Shown here: in pieces, positions 37,094 to 47,817 of the stretch
Layout: each line of letters opens with the position of its first letter
Numbering within the stretch: position 1 is the stretch's first letter
From: a virus
Taxonomy: Duplodnaviria > Caudoviricetes
Length of the DNA stretch: 53,071 bases
Strand: one strand, 5' to 3'
IMG/VR virus record: IMGVR_UViG_3300027811_000005
Location: 1-53,071 of that record
Made by a program: the position numbers and the translations under genes
The notes under the pieces: model-generated
Seen by the model: only the letters and a program-made list of their open reading frames with translations
Database searches by the model: none
What the model was told of the DNA's origin: nothing

Positions 37094-38396
37094 AGTGACC
37101 TGGACCTTGTTGCTTATCGTTGCACTGGTCAGCCTTTCAGCGTGCATTGCGCCAAGGCCGATTGTGTCACCCCCCATCACGCCTGCGCCGTCAATTCTTG
37201 GACTACCCCTTTCGTCACAATTCACCAACCTGTTGAAGAATGGGGATTTTGACTTGCCGACGCACTACCAGCCGAAGGGAGAGACGGGGTTGGTCATTCC
37301 TACCGACTGGAAAGTCTTTGCGGTGGACGGGGGCGGATACTTGAAACTCTACCAGGCGTCAGGCGTGGTGCAACTCGGCCGGTACGTTGATGTTCGCTAT
37401 GGCGCTCGGCTAGGCCAGAATTCACCCGTGCTACGGGCCGAGACTTTGCACATTTGCCGGGTGCCGCCCTATCTCGATCCTCTCAGAATCCTAGAGGGGG
37501 AATGTGCGATAACGGCTTTCAAGTTGTACGGACACTTGCTGGGCGGGATGCAGCAGACCTGGGAGACGGAGCCGGGGCATCTTTATCGGATTGGCGGTCA
37601 GGCGCTCGGTTGGAGCCGGATGGATGAAGACCCGAACGATGCCCATTACAGCCACGGCGTCGGGACCGGGCCTTTTTATGCGGTCGAAGGGGATCCGGTT
37701 TTGAATGACTCGAATGATAATTTCCGGTTCCGCATCTGTGTTGATCCATACGGCGCTGAAAACATCTTTGGGTCTGCCGTGGTCTGTGGACCGGGGGCGA
37801 TCATCTATAACGAGTTTCACAGTATCCCATCGCTCACCTTCATGGCGCGAGCGGATAGCGCAACGTTCTTTTGGGTCTACGACACACGCTTTGGGATGAA
37901 GAACTCGAACGCTTACGGAGACTCGTTCTTTGTGGAGGATATTACCCCGCCGACTCCTACGCCGACTGCTTCACCTGCGCCAACGTATACTCCGACAGCT
38001 ACCCGGACTCCCGGCCCGACTGTGACGCCCCCGCCCGGAATTTCCGTGACTTGCCAACTTTCGATAACCCCGCGAGTGATGGTCTTGCTACCTCCCGGCT
38101 ACGAAGCTGAGTGGTATGTGGCTGCGGCTCCGAGCCTGGCTGAAAAAGGCTGGAGCATCGGAACCAGCGCAGTGGATGCGTGTGTGAACAGTTGTGCTAA
38201 TCGGGTCGTGATCGCGGTGAATGTGTGGGAGCGCGGTTGCAATCTTTATCCGGCGTGCCATGCTCCGTGCGATTCGCTATCCTACATCCCATTGTGGGCG
38301 CAAACCCCAAGCGACTTGGCTGCTCTACTAGTTCGCTATCCCGAGTGGATGCGCGAGGCGTGGGGACTTTGTCTCCCACTGGTGGTGCGACAATGA
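37080..38396 (+). CDS. Secreted/lipoprotein with carbohydrate-binding-like domain and P/T linker
   Basis: LSAC lipobox, NLLKNGDFD CBM-like start, PT linker, C-terminal LPLVVR. Confidence 0.65.
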   Translation: MSIHRVTWTLLLIVALVSLSACIAPRPIVSPPITPAPSILGLPLSSQFTNLLKNGDFDLPTHYQPKGETGLVIPTDWKVFAVDGGGYLKLYQASGVVQLGRYVDVRYGARLGQNSPVLRAETLHICRVPPYLDPLRILEGECAITAFKLYGHLLGGMQQTWETEPGHLYRIGGQALGWSRMDEDPNDAHYSHGVGTGPFYAVEGDPVLNDSNDNFRFRICVDPYGAENIFGSAVVCGPGAIIYNEFHSIPSLTFMARADSATFFWVYDTRFGMKNSNAYGDSFFVEDITPPTPTPTASPAPTYTPTATRTPGPTVTPPPGISVTCQLSITPRVMVLLPPGYEAEWYVAAAPSLAEKGWSIGTSAVDACVNSCANRVVIAVNVWERGCNLYPACHAPCDSLSYIPLWAQTPSDLAALLVRYPEWMREAWGLCLPLVVRQ

Positions 38397-39043
38397 CAGA
38401 CAGAGACAAGTATTTCAGGCGGACTATCGCTGGAATCCGTCTTGCTCTGGACGATATGGAAGCTGTGCTAGAGCAAAACGTTACACCTTCCGGCGTTCCG
38501 TTCCGTCCGTGGTCGCAACGAGATTCGCGCTGGGGCGATGATTTGCTCGGCCTGGCGACGAGCAAGAAATATACCCTGGCTGCTTATGGTTGTCTCTTGA
38601 CTTGTTTTGCAAGTGCGACCACGATGACGCCCGGAGAACTCAACAAGTGGCTGGCTGAGCGCAAGGCGTTCGTTGATAACGGCGAGGGCCAGCTCAACAA
38701 GGTTATCCTGGACAGCTTTGCGCCATTGGGATTCCGTTTATCGAAGGATGTATCCTGTCTCAAGACCGCAGCCCCGATTGCCGAGGCGACCCGCTGTTTG
38801 GCGGGGAATGGCATGGTCATCGCCGGCGTCAGTCATAACGGCGTCATCAACACTGTGCAGCACTATGTTCGTGTGATCTCGCTTTCGACTGACGGGAAAT
38901 CCGTAAAGATCATGGACCCTCTGGCGCTTCCTGGCAGCGAGGTTTTGGGCGATGTTGCGAAGTATGCGAACCGATTTGGAAGCGACCCGGGGCATGTGTT
39001 TTTGCGCGTCATGTTCTATGACGCCGTAAAGGTGGTTGCATGA
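38393..39043 (+). CDS. Peptidase C39-like protein (putative endolysin)
   Basis: WSQRDSRW, YGCLLTC, TPGELNKWL, QHYV, IMDP (Q-C-H-D). Confidence 0.8.
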   Translation: MTDRDKYFRRTIAGIRLALDDMEAVLEQNVTPSGVPFRPWSQRDSRWGDDLLGLATSKKYTLAAYGCLLTCFASATTMTPGELNKWLAERKAFVDNGEGQLNKVILDSFAPLGFRLSKDVSCLKTAAPIAEATRCLAGNGMVIAGVSHNGVINTVQHYVRVISLSTDGKSVKIMDPLALPGSEVLGDVAKYANRFGSDPGHVFLRVMFYDAVKVVA

Positions 39044-39276
39044 ATGGAGCTATCGGAGGCGTGATTGCGGCTCTCTGCGAAGATGAGAGTTGGCAAGGGA
39101 ACTTGACCGATCCTGAACGCGCTCGCGCGATTGAATGGGCCGAGGGAACGATGACAAGCATGTTGGAGTCGGCGCATCTCATGGTGCGCAAGCGATTGCG
39201 CCAGTTGAATATCGTTCTGGCGAACGAGGCTGTTGTGGATCGGGGGGCTGTGTTCGAGGCGATTCTGGGGGAGTGA
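39040..39276 (+). CDS. Hypothetical protein
   Basis: ATGA overlap. Confidence 0.55.
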   Translation: MNGAIGGVIAALCEDESWQGNLTDPERARAIEWAEGTMTSMLESAHLMVRKRLRQLNIVLANEAVVDRGAVFEAILGE

Positions 39277-39448
39277 AGGGACCCCACCCCTGGCCCCCCC
39301 CCCGTCGAGTACAACGGGAGAGGGGAAGAAGCGGGACTGATAATCATTTGTTATGCGTGCCGGCCCCCCATCCCGCGTTGGGTACAACGCGACCTTCTCC
39401 CAAGGATTGGGAGAAGGGGGGAGAGTGTAGAACTGGAACGGAAGGTGA

Positions 39449-40153
39449 ATGGCTGTAGGGAATGGTAAGGTAGAAGGGAATACGGTTCAGGAGAAGCGAC
39501 GGCGGGCAGCACGAGAGGAGAGAAAGTCAAAGGGAATCACATGGAAGGCTCCGCCGGACGATGGCATTGGCGCGTTTCCGCTCGGGCCAGACGGACAGCC
39601 GATACCAGAGGATACGCCAGGGCAGGCCGAGAGTCAAGCGGCTTTTGAGAATTTCAACGAGGGACGAAACGAGTGCCCATGGTGGATCGAGTACCTGGAG
39701 TTGCGAGCTGAGGGATGGGAATGGCGGAAGGCGGCGTTGATCGCGTGGATGGCCTCGCCCAGGACGAAGCGCTGGCCCAAGACGCAAGCGGAATTGGCCA
39801 CTGGACATTTAGGGCTTGAATCTGACCGGGTGTTGCGCAAGTGGCGCGAGGATGACCCTGCGATTGACGAGAGGGTGGCAAGGTTGCAAGTTGCGCCACT
39901 CTTTCAACACCGGCGAGATGTGATCGAGGCATTGGTGGCGGTGTCGAAGCAGCACCATCACCTGGCCCATTCGGATCGCAAGTTGTTCCTGGAGATGACG
40001 GGGGATTACAAACCCAAGCGGGAGATCACCGGAAAAGACGGCGGTGCATTGTTCAATGTGGGTGACGTGGTTGCGGCGCTGCGGAAGGCGGACGAGGCGG
40101 TAAATGACGATGGTGATGGCGTCGGCTTCGGCATCAGCCATGACGAAGGATGA
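39449..40153 (+). CDS. Terminase small subunit (HTH)
   Basis: PKTQAELA...DRVLRKW HTH, DRKLFLEMTG, EITGKDG; directly upstream of TerL. Confidence 0.75.
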   Translation: MAVGNGKVEGNTVQEKRRRAAREERKSKGITWKAPPDDGIGAFPLGPDGQPIPEDTPGQAESQAAFENFNEGRNECPWWIEYLELRAEGWEWRKAALIAWMASPRTKRWPKTQAELATGHLGLESDRVLRKWREDDPAIDERVARLQVAPLFQHRRDVIEALVAVSKQHHHLAHSDRKLFLEMTGDYKPKREITGKDGGALFNVGDVVAALRKADEAVNDDGDGVGFGISHDEG

Positions 40154-41564
40154 GCAACTTGTCGAGATTGCCAAATGCTACAGGAAACCAGCTTATTTTA
40201 TCGGGAACTATTGCAAGATCTATGACGCTAAAGTCGGCGACTGGATAGCGTTTAGCTTGTGGCCCGAGCAGCGCGCGACGCTGCACACGCTCTTTACCAA
40301 TCTACTTGTCATCATCCTAAAGGCCCGGCAGTTGGGCTTGACCTGGTTGGTGCTGGGGTTTGCTTTGTGGCTGATGATGTTCAGGGCATCGGCGGTGGTG
40401 TTGCTGTTTTCTCGCCGAGACGACGAGGCGGTACACCTGCTCGACGACCGGCTCAAGGGAATGTGGGAGCATTTGCCAGAGTGGCTGAAGTACGGGATTG
40501 AGGTCATTGAAGATAATGACCACGAATGGCAATTGAGCAACGGAAGTGTGGCGCGAGCCTTTCCCACCGGAGCGGGCGATTCTTACACGGCAACGCTGGC
40601 GATCGTGGACGAGGCAGACCTGGTGCCGGACTTGAACCATTTGATGCGCGCGGTCAAGCCGACGATTGACGCTGGCGGGAGAATGATCTTGATCTCCCGA
40701 CCGAACAAGAGCGCGCCGCTTTCAGAGTTCAAGGCGATCTACAAGGCGGCCAAGCAGAAGCTATCGGATTGGGTGGCTGTGTTTTTGCCGTGGAACGTGA
40801 GGCCGGGGAGAGATGCGGTCTGGTACGATGCGCAACGCCGGGACATTTTGAGCCGAACGGGAAGCCTGGACGATCTGAATGAGCAATACCCGGCATCGGA
40901 TACCGAGGCGCTTGCGCCCAGGACGCTGGATAAGCGGATCCCGCCGGTTTGGATTGAGGCGTGTTTCAAGGAAGAGAGCGGGTTGCGTGAATTGCCCATC
41001 GGCGCTCCGACTATTCCTGGGCTGAAGGTCTACCGGGTGCCCGAGCCGAACAAGTCGTATGTGATCGGGGCTGACCCGGCAGAGGGGAACCCGACGAGCG
41101 ACGATAGTGCGATGGCGGTGCTCGAGCACAAGACGGGAGAGGAAATGGCGCAACTAGCGGGTAAGTTGCAACCCAGCACGTTGGCGGGCCACATTGACGA
41201 GGTGGGGCGCTGGTTCAACAATGCGGCCGCGCTGGTCGAGCGGAACAATCACGGGCACGCGGTCTTGTTGTGGCTCAAGGAAAACAGCAAACTCAAGCGG
41301 CTGCCGGGATACGATGGCAAGGACGGTTGGCTGAGCAACTCGAAGGGCAAGACGCTGATGTATTCGGAGACGGCGGACGCCTTTCGGGATGGGACAACGA
41401 TATTGCACTCTTTTGATACCTACACGCAGTTGGCAAGCATCGAGGGCAGCACGTTGCGCGCGCCGGAAGGTGAGCACGACGACAAGGCCGATGCGTATGC
41501 GTTGGGGATCGTGGCAACGACGATGCGCATCGAGCAGCGGCAGGCTCGAAGTTACCAGGGGTGA
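40140..41564 (+). CDS. terL: Terminase large subunit
   Basis: LKARQLGLT Walker A, IVDEA Walker B, GADPAEG, VERNNHG, HDDKADA. Confidence 0.95.
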   Translation: MTKDEQLVEIAKCYRKPAYFIGNYCKIYDAKVGDWIAFSLWPEQRATLHTLFTNLLVIILKARQLGLTWLVLGFALWLMMFRASAVVLLFSRRDDEAVHLLDDRLKGMWEHLPEWLKYGIEVIEDNDHEWQLSNGSVARAFPTGAGDSYTATLAIVDEADLVPDLNHLMRAVKPTIDAGGRMILISRPNKSAPLSEFKAIYKAAKQKLSDWVAVFLPWNVRPGRDAVWYDAQRRDILSRTGSLDDLNEQYPASDTEALAPRTLDKRIPPVWIEACFKEESGLRELPIGAPTIPGLKVYRVPEPNKSYVIGADPAEGNPTSDDSAMAVLEHKTGEEMAQLAGKLQPSTLAGHIDEVGRWFNNAAALVERNNHGHAVLLWLKENSKLKRLPGYDGKDGWLSNSKGKTLMYSETADAFRDGTTILHSFDTYTQLASIEGSTLRAPEGEHDDKADAYALGIVATTMRIEQRQARSYQG

Positions 41565-42904
41565 CGATGGGCGACCTTGAAGTTGCATTTGAGACAATAC
41601 GGGCCAAGAATCAGCCTTATTCCACGTTGTGGGATTACTATGACGGCAATCACCCGCTGGTCTATTCAACGCAACGGCTGCGCGAGGTGTTCCAACAGAT
41701 TGATGCTCGATTCGAGCAGAACTGGTGCGCTGTGGTGATTGACAGCGCGATTGACCGGCTGGAGTTGCAGGGTGTTGCTGTTGCAAACGACGAAGCCAAA
41801 ACGGCGCGGCTCAAAGCCTTGTGGGCATCCTCCGGGCTTGACCTGGACTCGGATGATGCGCACCTGGCGGCGCTGGTGACGGGCGAAGCATTTGTGATCG
41901 CGTGGAAGGATGCCGACGGACAGGTCGCGGCGTTCTATAACGACCCGCGCTTGTGCCACATTGAATACGATTCTGAGAACCCTCGTAAGAAAAAGTGGGC
42001 AGCTAAGATGTGGACGGATTCCGATAAGCGGATGTTTGCAACGCTGTATTATGCCGATTACTTTGACTATTACGCCACTGAGAAAGCGGTGGATCAGAGC
42101 ACGACTGTGAAAGCATTCATCAAGATGACCAGCACTCAAGAGCAACCCAACCCGGCTGAGAACCCAACCGGAGAGGTGCCGGTCTTTCATTTGCGGCGCG
42201 AACGGAGAACGATACGTTCTGAACTCGCCAATGCGATCACGCTTCAAAATGGCGTCAACAAGTTATTCGCCGATATGATGGTAGCAGCGGAGTTTGGCGC
42301 ATTTCGCCAGCGGTACGTCATTTCAAATACTGGGCCTGGAACGCTCAAGAATGCCCCGAATGAAATCTGGGACATTCCGGCCGCGGATGGGCAGGGGCAG
42401 GATACAAGCGTCGGCGAGTTTTCCGCAACCGACCTGGGCAATTACATCAAGGCAATGGATGAGTTGGCGGCCAGCATCGGTATCATCTCACGGACGCCCA
42501 AGCACTACTTTTTTTCTCAGGGTGGGGATCCCAGCGGGGAGGCTCTGATCGCGCTTGAGGCTCCACTCAACAAAAAAGTTGGACGCTATATCCGGCGGTT
42601 TAGCGCGACGTGGAAAGAGGTAGGTGCTTTTCTGTTGAAGTTGGACGGGAAAGAGACGCCGGTTGAGAGCATCCAGGCGATCTATGCCAAGCCGGAGACC
42701 GTGCAGCCCAAGATGCAGGCGGAGATCATCAAATCCAATACGGATGCGGGTATTCCGTTGCGGACGGTGGTGAGACGCGAGGGCTGGACGCCGGCGGAAA
42801 TTGACGAGATGGACGGAGACCGGGCGGCCGAGGGAACGGCGCAGAGGGTGACACTAGCGGCGGCGATGGCTGAGGCGCAGAGGAAGTTCAACCAGGGGGG
42901 ATAG
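41561..42904 (+). CDS. Portal protein (SPP1 gp6-like)
   Basis: DYYDGNHP, NWCAVVID, GEVPVFH, PSGEAL; follows TerL. Confidence 0.9.
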   Translation: MTMGDLEVAFETIRAKNQPYSTLWDYYDGNHPLVYSTQRLREVFQQIDARFEQNWCAVVIDSAIDRLELQGVAVANDEAKTARLKALWASSGLDLDSDDAHLAALVTGEAFVIAWKDADGQVAAFYNDPRLCHIEYDSENPRKKKWAAKMWTDSDKRMFATLYYADYFDYYATEKAVDQSTTVKAFIKMTSTQEQPNPAENPTGEVPVFHLRRERRTIRSELANAITLQNGVNKLFADMMVAAEFGAFRQRYVISNTGPGTLKNAPNEIWDIPAADGQGQDTSVGEFSATDLGNYIKAMDELAASIGIISRTPKHYFFSQGGDPSGEALIALEAPLNKKVGRYIRRFSATWKEVGAFLLKLDGKETPVESIQAIYAKPETVQPKMQAEIIKSNTDAGIPLRTVVRREGWTPAEIDEMDGDRAAEGTAQRVTLAAAMAEAQRKFNQGG

Positions 42905-43015
42905 TGGCCCCCACCCCAGCCCCCCCGCGAGTACGCAGGAGAGGGAGAACGGGACTGATAAGCAATTGTTATTGGAGCGTGATTGAGATTGGAGATTGGA
43001 GATTAGGGAGTAGAG

Positions 43016-44020
43016 ATGCCTGACGAGCCTGGAGTTATTCGGGTTATCAATGCGTTCCGCGATGCGCTGTTGAGACGAGAGGAAGCGCAAATGCTGGATA
43101 TGGTTGCGCACTGGCTCCTGGTGGAAAACGCGCTGGAAGGGCAGATCACGGCGCTGGCATTGGACATTGATCGGCGGAGAGTTGCGGGGGAAACGATCAA
43201 GCCGTGGAGGTTGGCGGAGTTGGAGCGGTATCGTTCGCTCTTGGCACAGGCTCAAGGCGAGCTCGTCCAGTATACCCGATACGCAGATGTATTGATTACG
43301 GAGCAACAGGTGCGGTGGGGGAATGACGGCGCTGAACATGCGCTGACGACGCTCGATGCACTGTACCGCGATTCCGGTGTTGTTCGGGCTGCTTTCGACA
43401 TTTTGCCGACAGAGGTGATCGAGAGCATGGCCGGGTTGACGGCGTCTGGCTCTCCGCTGCGCAATCTATTGGCCCAGGCGTGGCCGGATGCTGTTGATGG
43501 ATTGACGCAGGCGTTGGTTGAGGCTATCGCCAAGGGACAGAATCCGCGCGTTACGGCACGGATGATGGCGAACGGGTTGGCGGGTGGATTGCAGCGATGC
43601 CTAGTGCTCGCGCGGACGGAGCAGTTGAGGGTATACCGCGAGGCCACGCGCCAGCAGTATATCAAGAGCGGGGTGGTGACGCGCTACAAGCGGATTGCGG
43701 CGAAGCAGGGGCGGACGTGTCTGGCGTGCATTTTGAGCGACGGGAAGGTGTACGAGTTGGAGAGCGCGTTCGAGGAACATCCGTGTGGCCGTTGCGCGCT
43801 GGTCCCGATCGTTGAAGATTTGCCAGAGGTGACATGGACAAACGGACGGGATTGGTTTTCCGGGCTGAAGGCAGATGAACAGCAGGCGATCATGGGCAAG
43901 CAGTTGTTCACTGCGTGGAAGGCGGGGAAGGTGGAATTTGACAATATGGTCAAGACGCACCAGGACGAGACTTGGGGTAACTCGTTGGTGTCCAAGTCCT
44001 TGAAGGAGATGGGGCTATGA
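43016..44020 (+). CDS. MuF-like minor head protein
   Basis: LARTEQ, RTCLAC..SDG, HPCGRCAL. Confidence 0.88.
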   Translation: MPDEPGVIRVINAFRDALLRREEAQMLDMVAHWLLVENALEGQITALALDIDRRRVAGETIKPWRLAELERYRSLLAQAQGELVQYTRYADVLITEQQVRWGNDGAEHALTTLDALYRDSGVVRAAFDILPTEVIESMAGLTASGSPLRNLLAQAWPDAVDGLTQALVEAIAKGQNPRVTARMMANGLAGGLQRCLVLARTEQLRVYREATRQQYIKSGVVTRYKRIAAKQGRTCLACILSDGKVYELESAFEEHPCGRCALVPIVEDLPEVTWTNGRDWFSGLKADEQQAIMGKQLFTAWKAGKVEFDNMVKTHQDETWGNSLVSKSLKEMGL

Positions 44021-44469
44021 GCGGTGAATGGAAGCTGTCAAATGAGGAATTATCAGGCGCAGTGGCGACCTGGATGGGCGAGCAAGGTAATTTTGCAGTT
44101 GACTGCGACGATGCTTTCCGGGTGATTGACCGGCTGAGTGTGCTTGGATATGTGGTGACGTTCCAGCGCGACCAGGCCGGGACGCGGGTTACTATCGTCA
44201 AGGGTGAGCGCGGCCAGGAGCACAGCGGAGAATTCATGCCGTGCGTGTTGTGTGAGTTGGTGGCGCGGATGGTGGAGGATGGGGAGTTGAACCCCACCCC
44301 CAGCCCCTCCCCTGTCCCTTCGGTACAGGAGAGGGGAGGGGGTGCGTTGGATGACGGGGTGGTGACGAAGGAGGAGGCCAGCGAGGCGGGGAAGGTGCTT
44401 GTGGCTCGGAAGCGTAGAGGTGCGCCACTTCCTACACCGGATTATGTGTTACAAGAAAATGCTGGGTGA
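44017..44469 (+). CDS. Hypothetical protein
   Basis: ATGA overlap; contains an in-frame palindromic repeat at 44291-44337. Confidence 0.55.
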   Translation: MSGEWKLSNEELSGAVATWMGEQGNFAVDCDDAFRVIDRLSVLGYVVTFQRDQAGTRVTIVKGERGQEHSGEFMPCVLCELVARMVEDGELNPTPSPSPVPSVQERGGGALDDGVVTKEEASEAGKVLVARKRRGAPLPTPDYVLQENAG

Positions 44470-44618
44470 TTTTGTTGTAACAGGCCCTCATCCCGCGTTG
44501 GGTACAACGTGCCCTTCTCCCAAGGCTTGGGAGAAGAGGAGAGGAAGAGCGGGACTGATAATGTGTTGTTATGCGTTCCGAGTACAGAACGGGAGCGGGG
44601 TTGTAGTCAGGAGGAGGT

Positions 44619-44960
44619 ATGGCAAATGTGAATGTGAGCAACAAGCCGTGGGGGAGTTTCCGGGAGTCGGACTATTCGGTTGAGCAGTGGCACCGGGCGT
44701 GCCTGATTCATTTGCACGCCAGCGCGCCAACGGCAAAATCTGAATGTAAGGTGCCGGTGCGAGAGCCAGATGGGACGCTGAACCGGAACGCGCTCGGACC
44801 TGCGGCTGCTGCGTTGGCCGGGGCGCGGCAGGAGTTGAAGGCTCCGGTGGACAAGAAACGCACTGCGGCGCGCGAACTGATACGACTCTACCGGCAGGTT
44901 GGTGCGACGGCACCGAACAGCACTTACGATATTGCGGGCGAGAAACGGCCCGTGGGGTAA
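44619..44960 (+). CDS. Head-region hypothetical protein
   Basis: GGAGG RBS; CKVPVREPDGTLNRNAL. Confidence 0.7.
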   Translation: MANVNVSNKPWGSFRESDYSVEQWHRACLIHLHASAPTAKSECKVPVREPDGTLNRNALGPAAAALAGARQELKAPVDKKRTAARELIRLYRQVGATAPNSTYDIAGEKRPVG

Positions 44961-45012
44961 GAGTTCAAATTTCAAGGCAGCGAGATGCTGCGATAGAAAA
45001 GGAGATGCCGAG

Positions 45013-45669
45013 ATGGCACAGGAACAGGGGCAGCAACAGGGTCAACAGCAAGGGCAGCAGCAAGGCCAACAACAGGGTCAACAACAAGGCCAGCAACAAG
45101 GTCAGCAACAAGGCCAACAGCAAGGGCAGCAACAAGGCCAGCAACAAGGCCAACAGCAAGGGCAGCAACCGCAGGTCACGTGGGAGATGTGGCTGGCGGA
45201 ACAACCGGAAGATGTGCACAAGTTGTACGAGTCTCACACATCCGGGCTGCGAAGTGCGCTGCAATCCGAGAGGGATCAGCGCTCTGATTTGGCAAAGCAA
45301 CTCAAGGAGATGGCCGGGAAACAGAAGGAAGGCAGCGACGAGCGCAAGGCGCTGGATGAGATGTCCAAGAGACTGGAGGAGGCGAACGCACGCGCTGATT
45401 TCTTTGAGGATGCGGCTCGACCGGAGATCGGGTGCCGCAATCCAAAGTTGGCCTGGCTGGCCGTGCAAAATGGCGAGGGATACGTCAGGCGCGGCAAGGG
45501 CGGCACCAGTGCTATTGACTGGCTGGCTTTGAAGGCTGATTACCCAGAGTTGTTCGGCGCGGCTCAACAAGGACAAGCCCGCTCGAATGCCGGGACCGGA
45601 ACAGGCGCACAGGTTGGTGCGCCGGAGGACATGGACACGATGCTCAGGCGGGCGGCTGGGCGGCGGTAA
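45013..45669 (+). CDS. Capsid scaffolding protein
   Basis: Upstream of MCP; coiled coil, LKADYPELF; N-terminal (QQQG)n. Confidence 0.8.
   Translation: MAQEQGQQQGQQQGQQQGQQQGQQQGQQQGQQQGQQQGQQQGQQQGQQQGQQPQVTWEMWLAEQPEDVHKLYESHTSGLRSALQSERDQRSDLAKQLKEMAGKQKEGSDERKALDEMSKRLEEANARADFFEDAARPEIGCRNPKLAWLAVQNGEGYVRRGKGGTSAIDWLALKADYPELFGAAQQGQARSNAGTGTGAQVGAPEDMDTMLRRAAGRR
45019..45168 (+). repeat. 12-bp tandem repeat encoding about 12 x GQQQ
   Basis: GGNCARCARCAR units with synonymous variation. Confidence 0.95.
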
Positions 45670-45731
45670 CAACGAACTCGGAAACATCTAATCGAGACGG
45701 CAACGGATAGAACGGATATAAGGAGGATACG

Positions 45732-46673
45732 ATGGCTTACAACAGTTTGATCTCCCGCACCGATATGGGCGGGATGATTCCAGTGGAGTATGCACGCGAG
45801 ATCATTCAGGGGGCTACCGAGCAAAGCGCAGTGATGCGGCTCGGGCGCCGCTTGCGCGACATGACGACGCAGCAACGCACGATGCCGGTGCTAAGCGCGC
45901 TGCCGTTGGCGTATTTTGTCAATGGCGATACCGGCTTGAAGAAGACGAGCGAGGTGAACTGGGAAGGCATTACAATCACGGCCGAGGAGCTGGCAGTGAT
46001 CGTGCCGATTCCACAGAGCGCACTCGACGACAACCAGTTCCCGATCTGGGACGAGGTCAAACCGCTGGCGCAAGAAGCGGCGGGGCTGGCCTTTGACCAA
46101 GCTGTGCTTTACGGGACGAATGCACCAGCTTCATGGCCAGATGACATTCTGGCTACAGCGGTGGCGGCCAGCAATACGGTTGCGCTGGGAACTGGCGCTG
46201 ACCTGTACGAGGACTTGCTGGGTGAGAATGGCGTGATCGCCTTGCTGGAGGCGGAAGGTTACGTGCCTGACGGGCACATCGGGGCGGTGACACTCAAGAG
46301 CAAGTTGCGCGGAACGCGCGATGCGAACGGGCAACCGATCTTCAAGACCTCGATGCAGGACCAGACGCGGTACGAACTGGACGGCTCCCCGATCTTGTTC
46401 CCGCTGAACGGCGCGGTTGACGTGACGGCCTCGCTGTTGGTGTCTGGCTCTTGGCGGACTTTGGTGTATGCGGTGCGCCAAGATATTTCGTGGTTCATCG
46501 CCGACCAGGGCGTGATCCAGGATGCTGGCGGGAACATCGTCTACAACTTGTTCCAGCAAGACATGGTGGCGCTGCGCTTGGTGCTGCGGCTGGGCTGGCA
46601 ACTGCCGAACCCGGTCAATCGCATCCAGGGCACGAAGGCGAGCCGCTGTGCATTCGCGGTGTTGACACCGTAA
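45732..46673 (+). CDS. Major capsid protein (HK97 fold)
   Basis: IPVEYAREII, AEELAVIVPIP, FDQAVLYG, NLFQQDMVALR. Confidence 0.95.
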   Translation: MAYNSLISRTDMGGMIPVEYAREIIQGATEQSAVMRLGRRLRDMTTQQRTMPVLSALPLAYFVNGDTGLKKTSEVNWEGITITAEELAVIVPIPQSALDDNQFPIWDEVKPLAQEAAGLAFDQAVLYGTNAPASWPDDILATAVAASNTVALGTGADLYEDLLGENGVIALLEAEGYVPDGHIGAVTLKSKLRGTRDANGQPIFKTSMQDQTRYELDGSPILFPLNGAVDVTASLLVSGSWRTLVYAVRQDISWFIADQGVIQDAGGNIVYNLFQQDMVALRLVLRLGWQLPNPVNRIQGTKASRCAFAVLTP

Positions 46674-46759
46674 GAGAAGGTGAAGGGTTCCCTTACGAAA
46701 AGGACAACCATAGTCTCTGAAGATAGAGACGGGTTTGCCTCTACACCAGGAGGTGTGAA

Positions 46760-47725
46760 ATGAGTCTTTACCCGAAGGAAATCAAGGAATATCTGGCACT
46801 GTGCGGGATCCCGCGAGGACCGAACAGCAAGTATTATCTCGTTGATCCCGTTCATGGCGACGACGACAATCCGGGCGACCGGTGGACGAAGCCACTGAAG
46901 ACGGTGAGTGCGGCTGAGGACTTGTGTGTGACTGGCCATCACGACACGGTGCTGGTCGCTGGCAGTATGACGGCGGTGACTGAAACCGCTGCCATCACCT
47001 GGGACAAGAACTTGACGCACTTGGTGGGCCTGGGTGCTCCGACGCGCTATGGCAAGCGCACGCGCATCATCTCAGGGGCAGACGGCTTGTCGCCCTGGAT
47101 CACTATCTCAGGGGCGGGTTGTCATTTCAAGAACCTGCGTCTCGTGCACGAGCAGGCGAGTGATGCAACCAGCCTGGTGTGTGTCCGGTTGAGCGGCGAG
47201 CGCAACTACTTTGATAACGTCGAGTTCTGCGGCAATGTGGATACTGCTCAGGCCATTGACGCCGGCGCGAGCTTGCAGATTGCGGCAGGTGGGAGTGAGA
47301 ACCTGTTCAAATGCTGCACGTTCGGCATGGACACTGTGGTAAGTGCAACGGGGCTTATGGCGATCGTCGTCAATGCTTCGGCAGGCGCGGCGCGTAACAT
47401 CTTTGAGGATTGTATCCTCCACGGTTATGCCGGAAGCACGGCGGCGGGGTTGGTTGAGTTTATGAATGCCACGGCGCTGGATCGCGCCTGGATATTCAAG
47501 AACTGTGCATTCATCAACCTGGGCACCTCGACGATGGCCAGCGCTTTCGTCTTCACCGGTGGGACTGATCCAAGTTCCAAGCGCGTCTTGTTGCTGGATT
47601 GCTGGAAGATCGGCGCGACGGACTGGGATCACGCCAATACCGGCCTGATCTACATGAATATGCTCATCTCGACAGGCGTCCAGGGCGCGGTGAATTCCGG
47701 CCAACTGATCGTCACCAGCGGATAG
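46760..47725 (+). CDS. Beta-helix virion protein (putative capsid decoration/spike)
   Basis: YYLVDPVHGDDDNPG...PLKTV start and repeated N.F.NC turns. Confidence 0.7.
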   Translation: MSLYPKEIKEYLALCGIPRGPNSKYYLVDPVHGDDDNPGDRWTKPLKTVSAAEDLCVTGHHDTVLVAGSMTAVTETAAITWDKNLTHLVGLGAPTRYGKRTRIISGADGLSPWITISGAGCHFKNLRLVHEQASDATSLVCVRLSGERNYFDNVEFCGNVDTAQAIDAGASLQIAAGGSENLFKCCTFGMDTVVSATGLMAIVVNASAGAARNIFEDCILHGYAGSTAAGLVEFMNATALDRAWIFKNCAFINLGTSTMASAFVFTGGTDPSSKRVLLLDCWKIGATDWDHANTGLIYMNMLISTGVQGAVNSGQLIVTSG

Positions 47726-47817
47726 GAAGATGGGCGCGGGCGTTGAGAGCCGCGCCCCTACGAGACATCATCGGGGCGAGGGAACCTCGCCCCTACGAAG
47801 GAACGAGGAGGTTCACC

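Larger units (their letters stand above)
8137..44482. repeat. Dispersed lox-like inverted repeat TGTTACARGRRAAT-N7/8-ATTYTSTTGTAACA, 4 copies
   Basis: 8137-8171, 28912-28946, 35463-35497, 44447-44482. Confidence 0.85.

Noticed and set aside
45019-45168. GQQQ repeat as a special system
   Set aside because: Low-complexity N-termini are common in scaffold proteins
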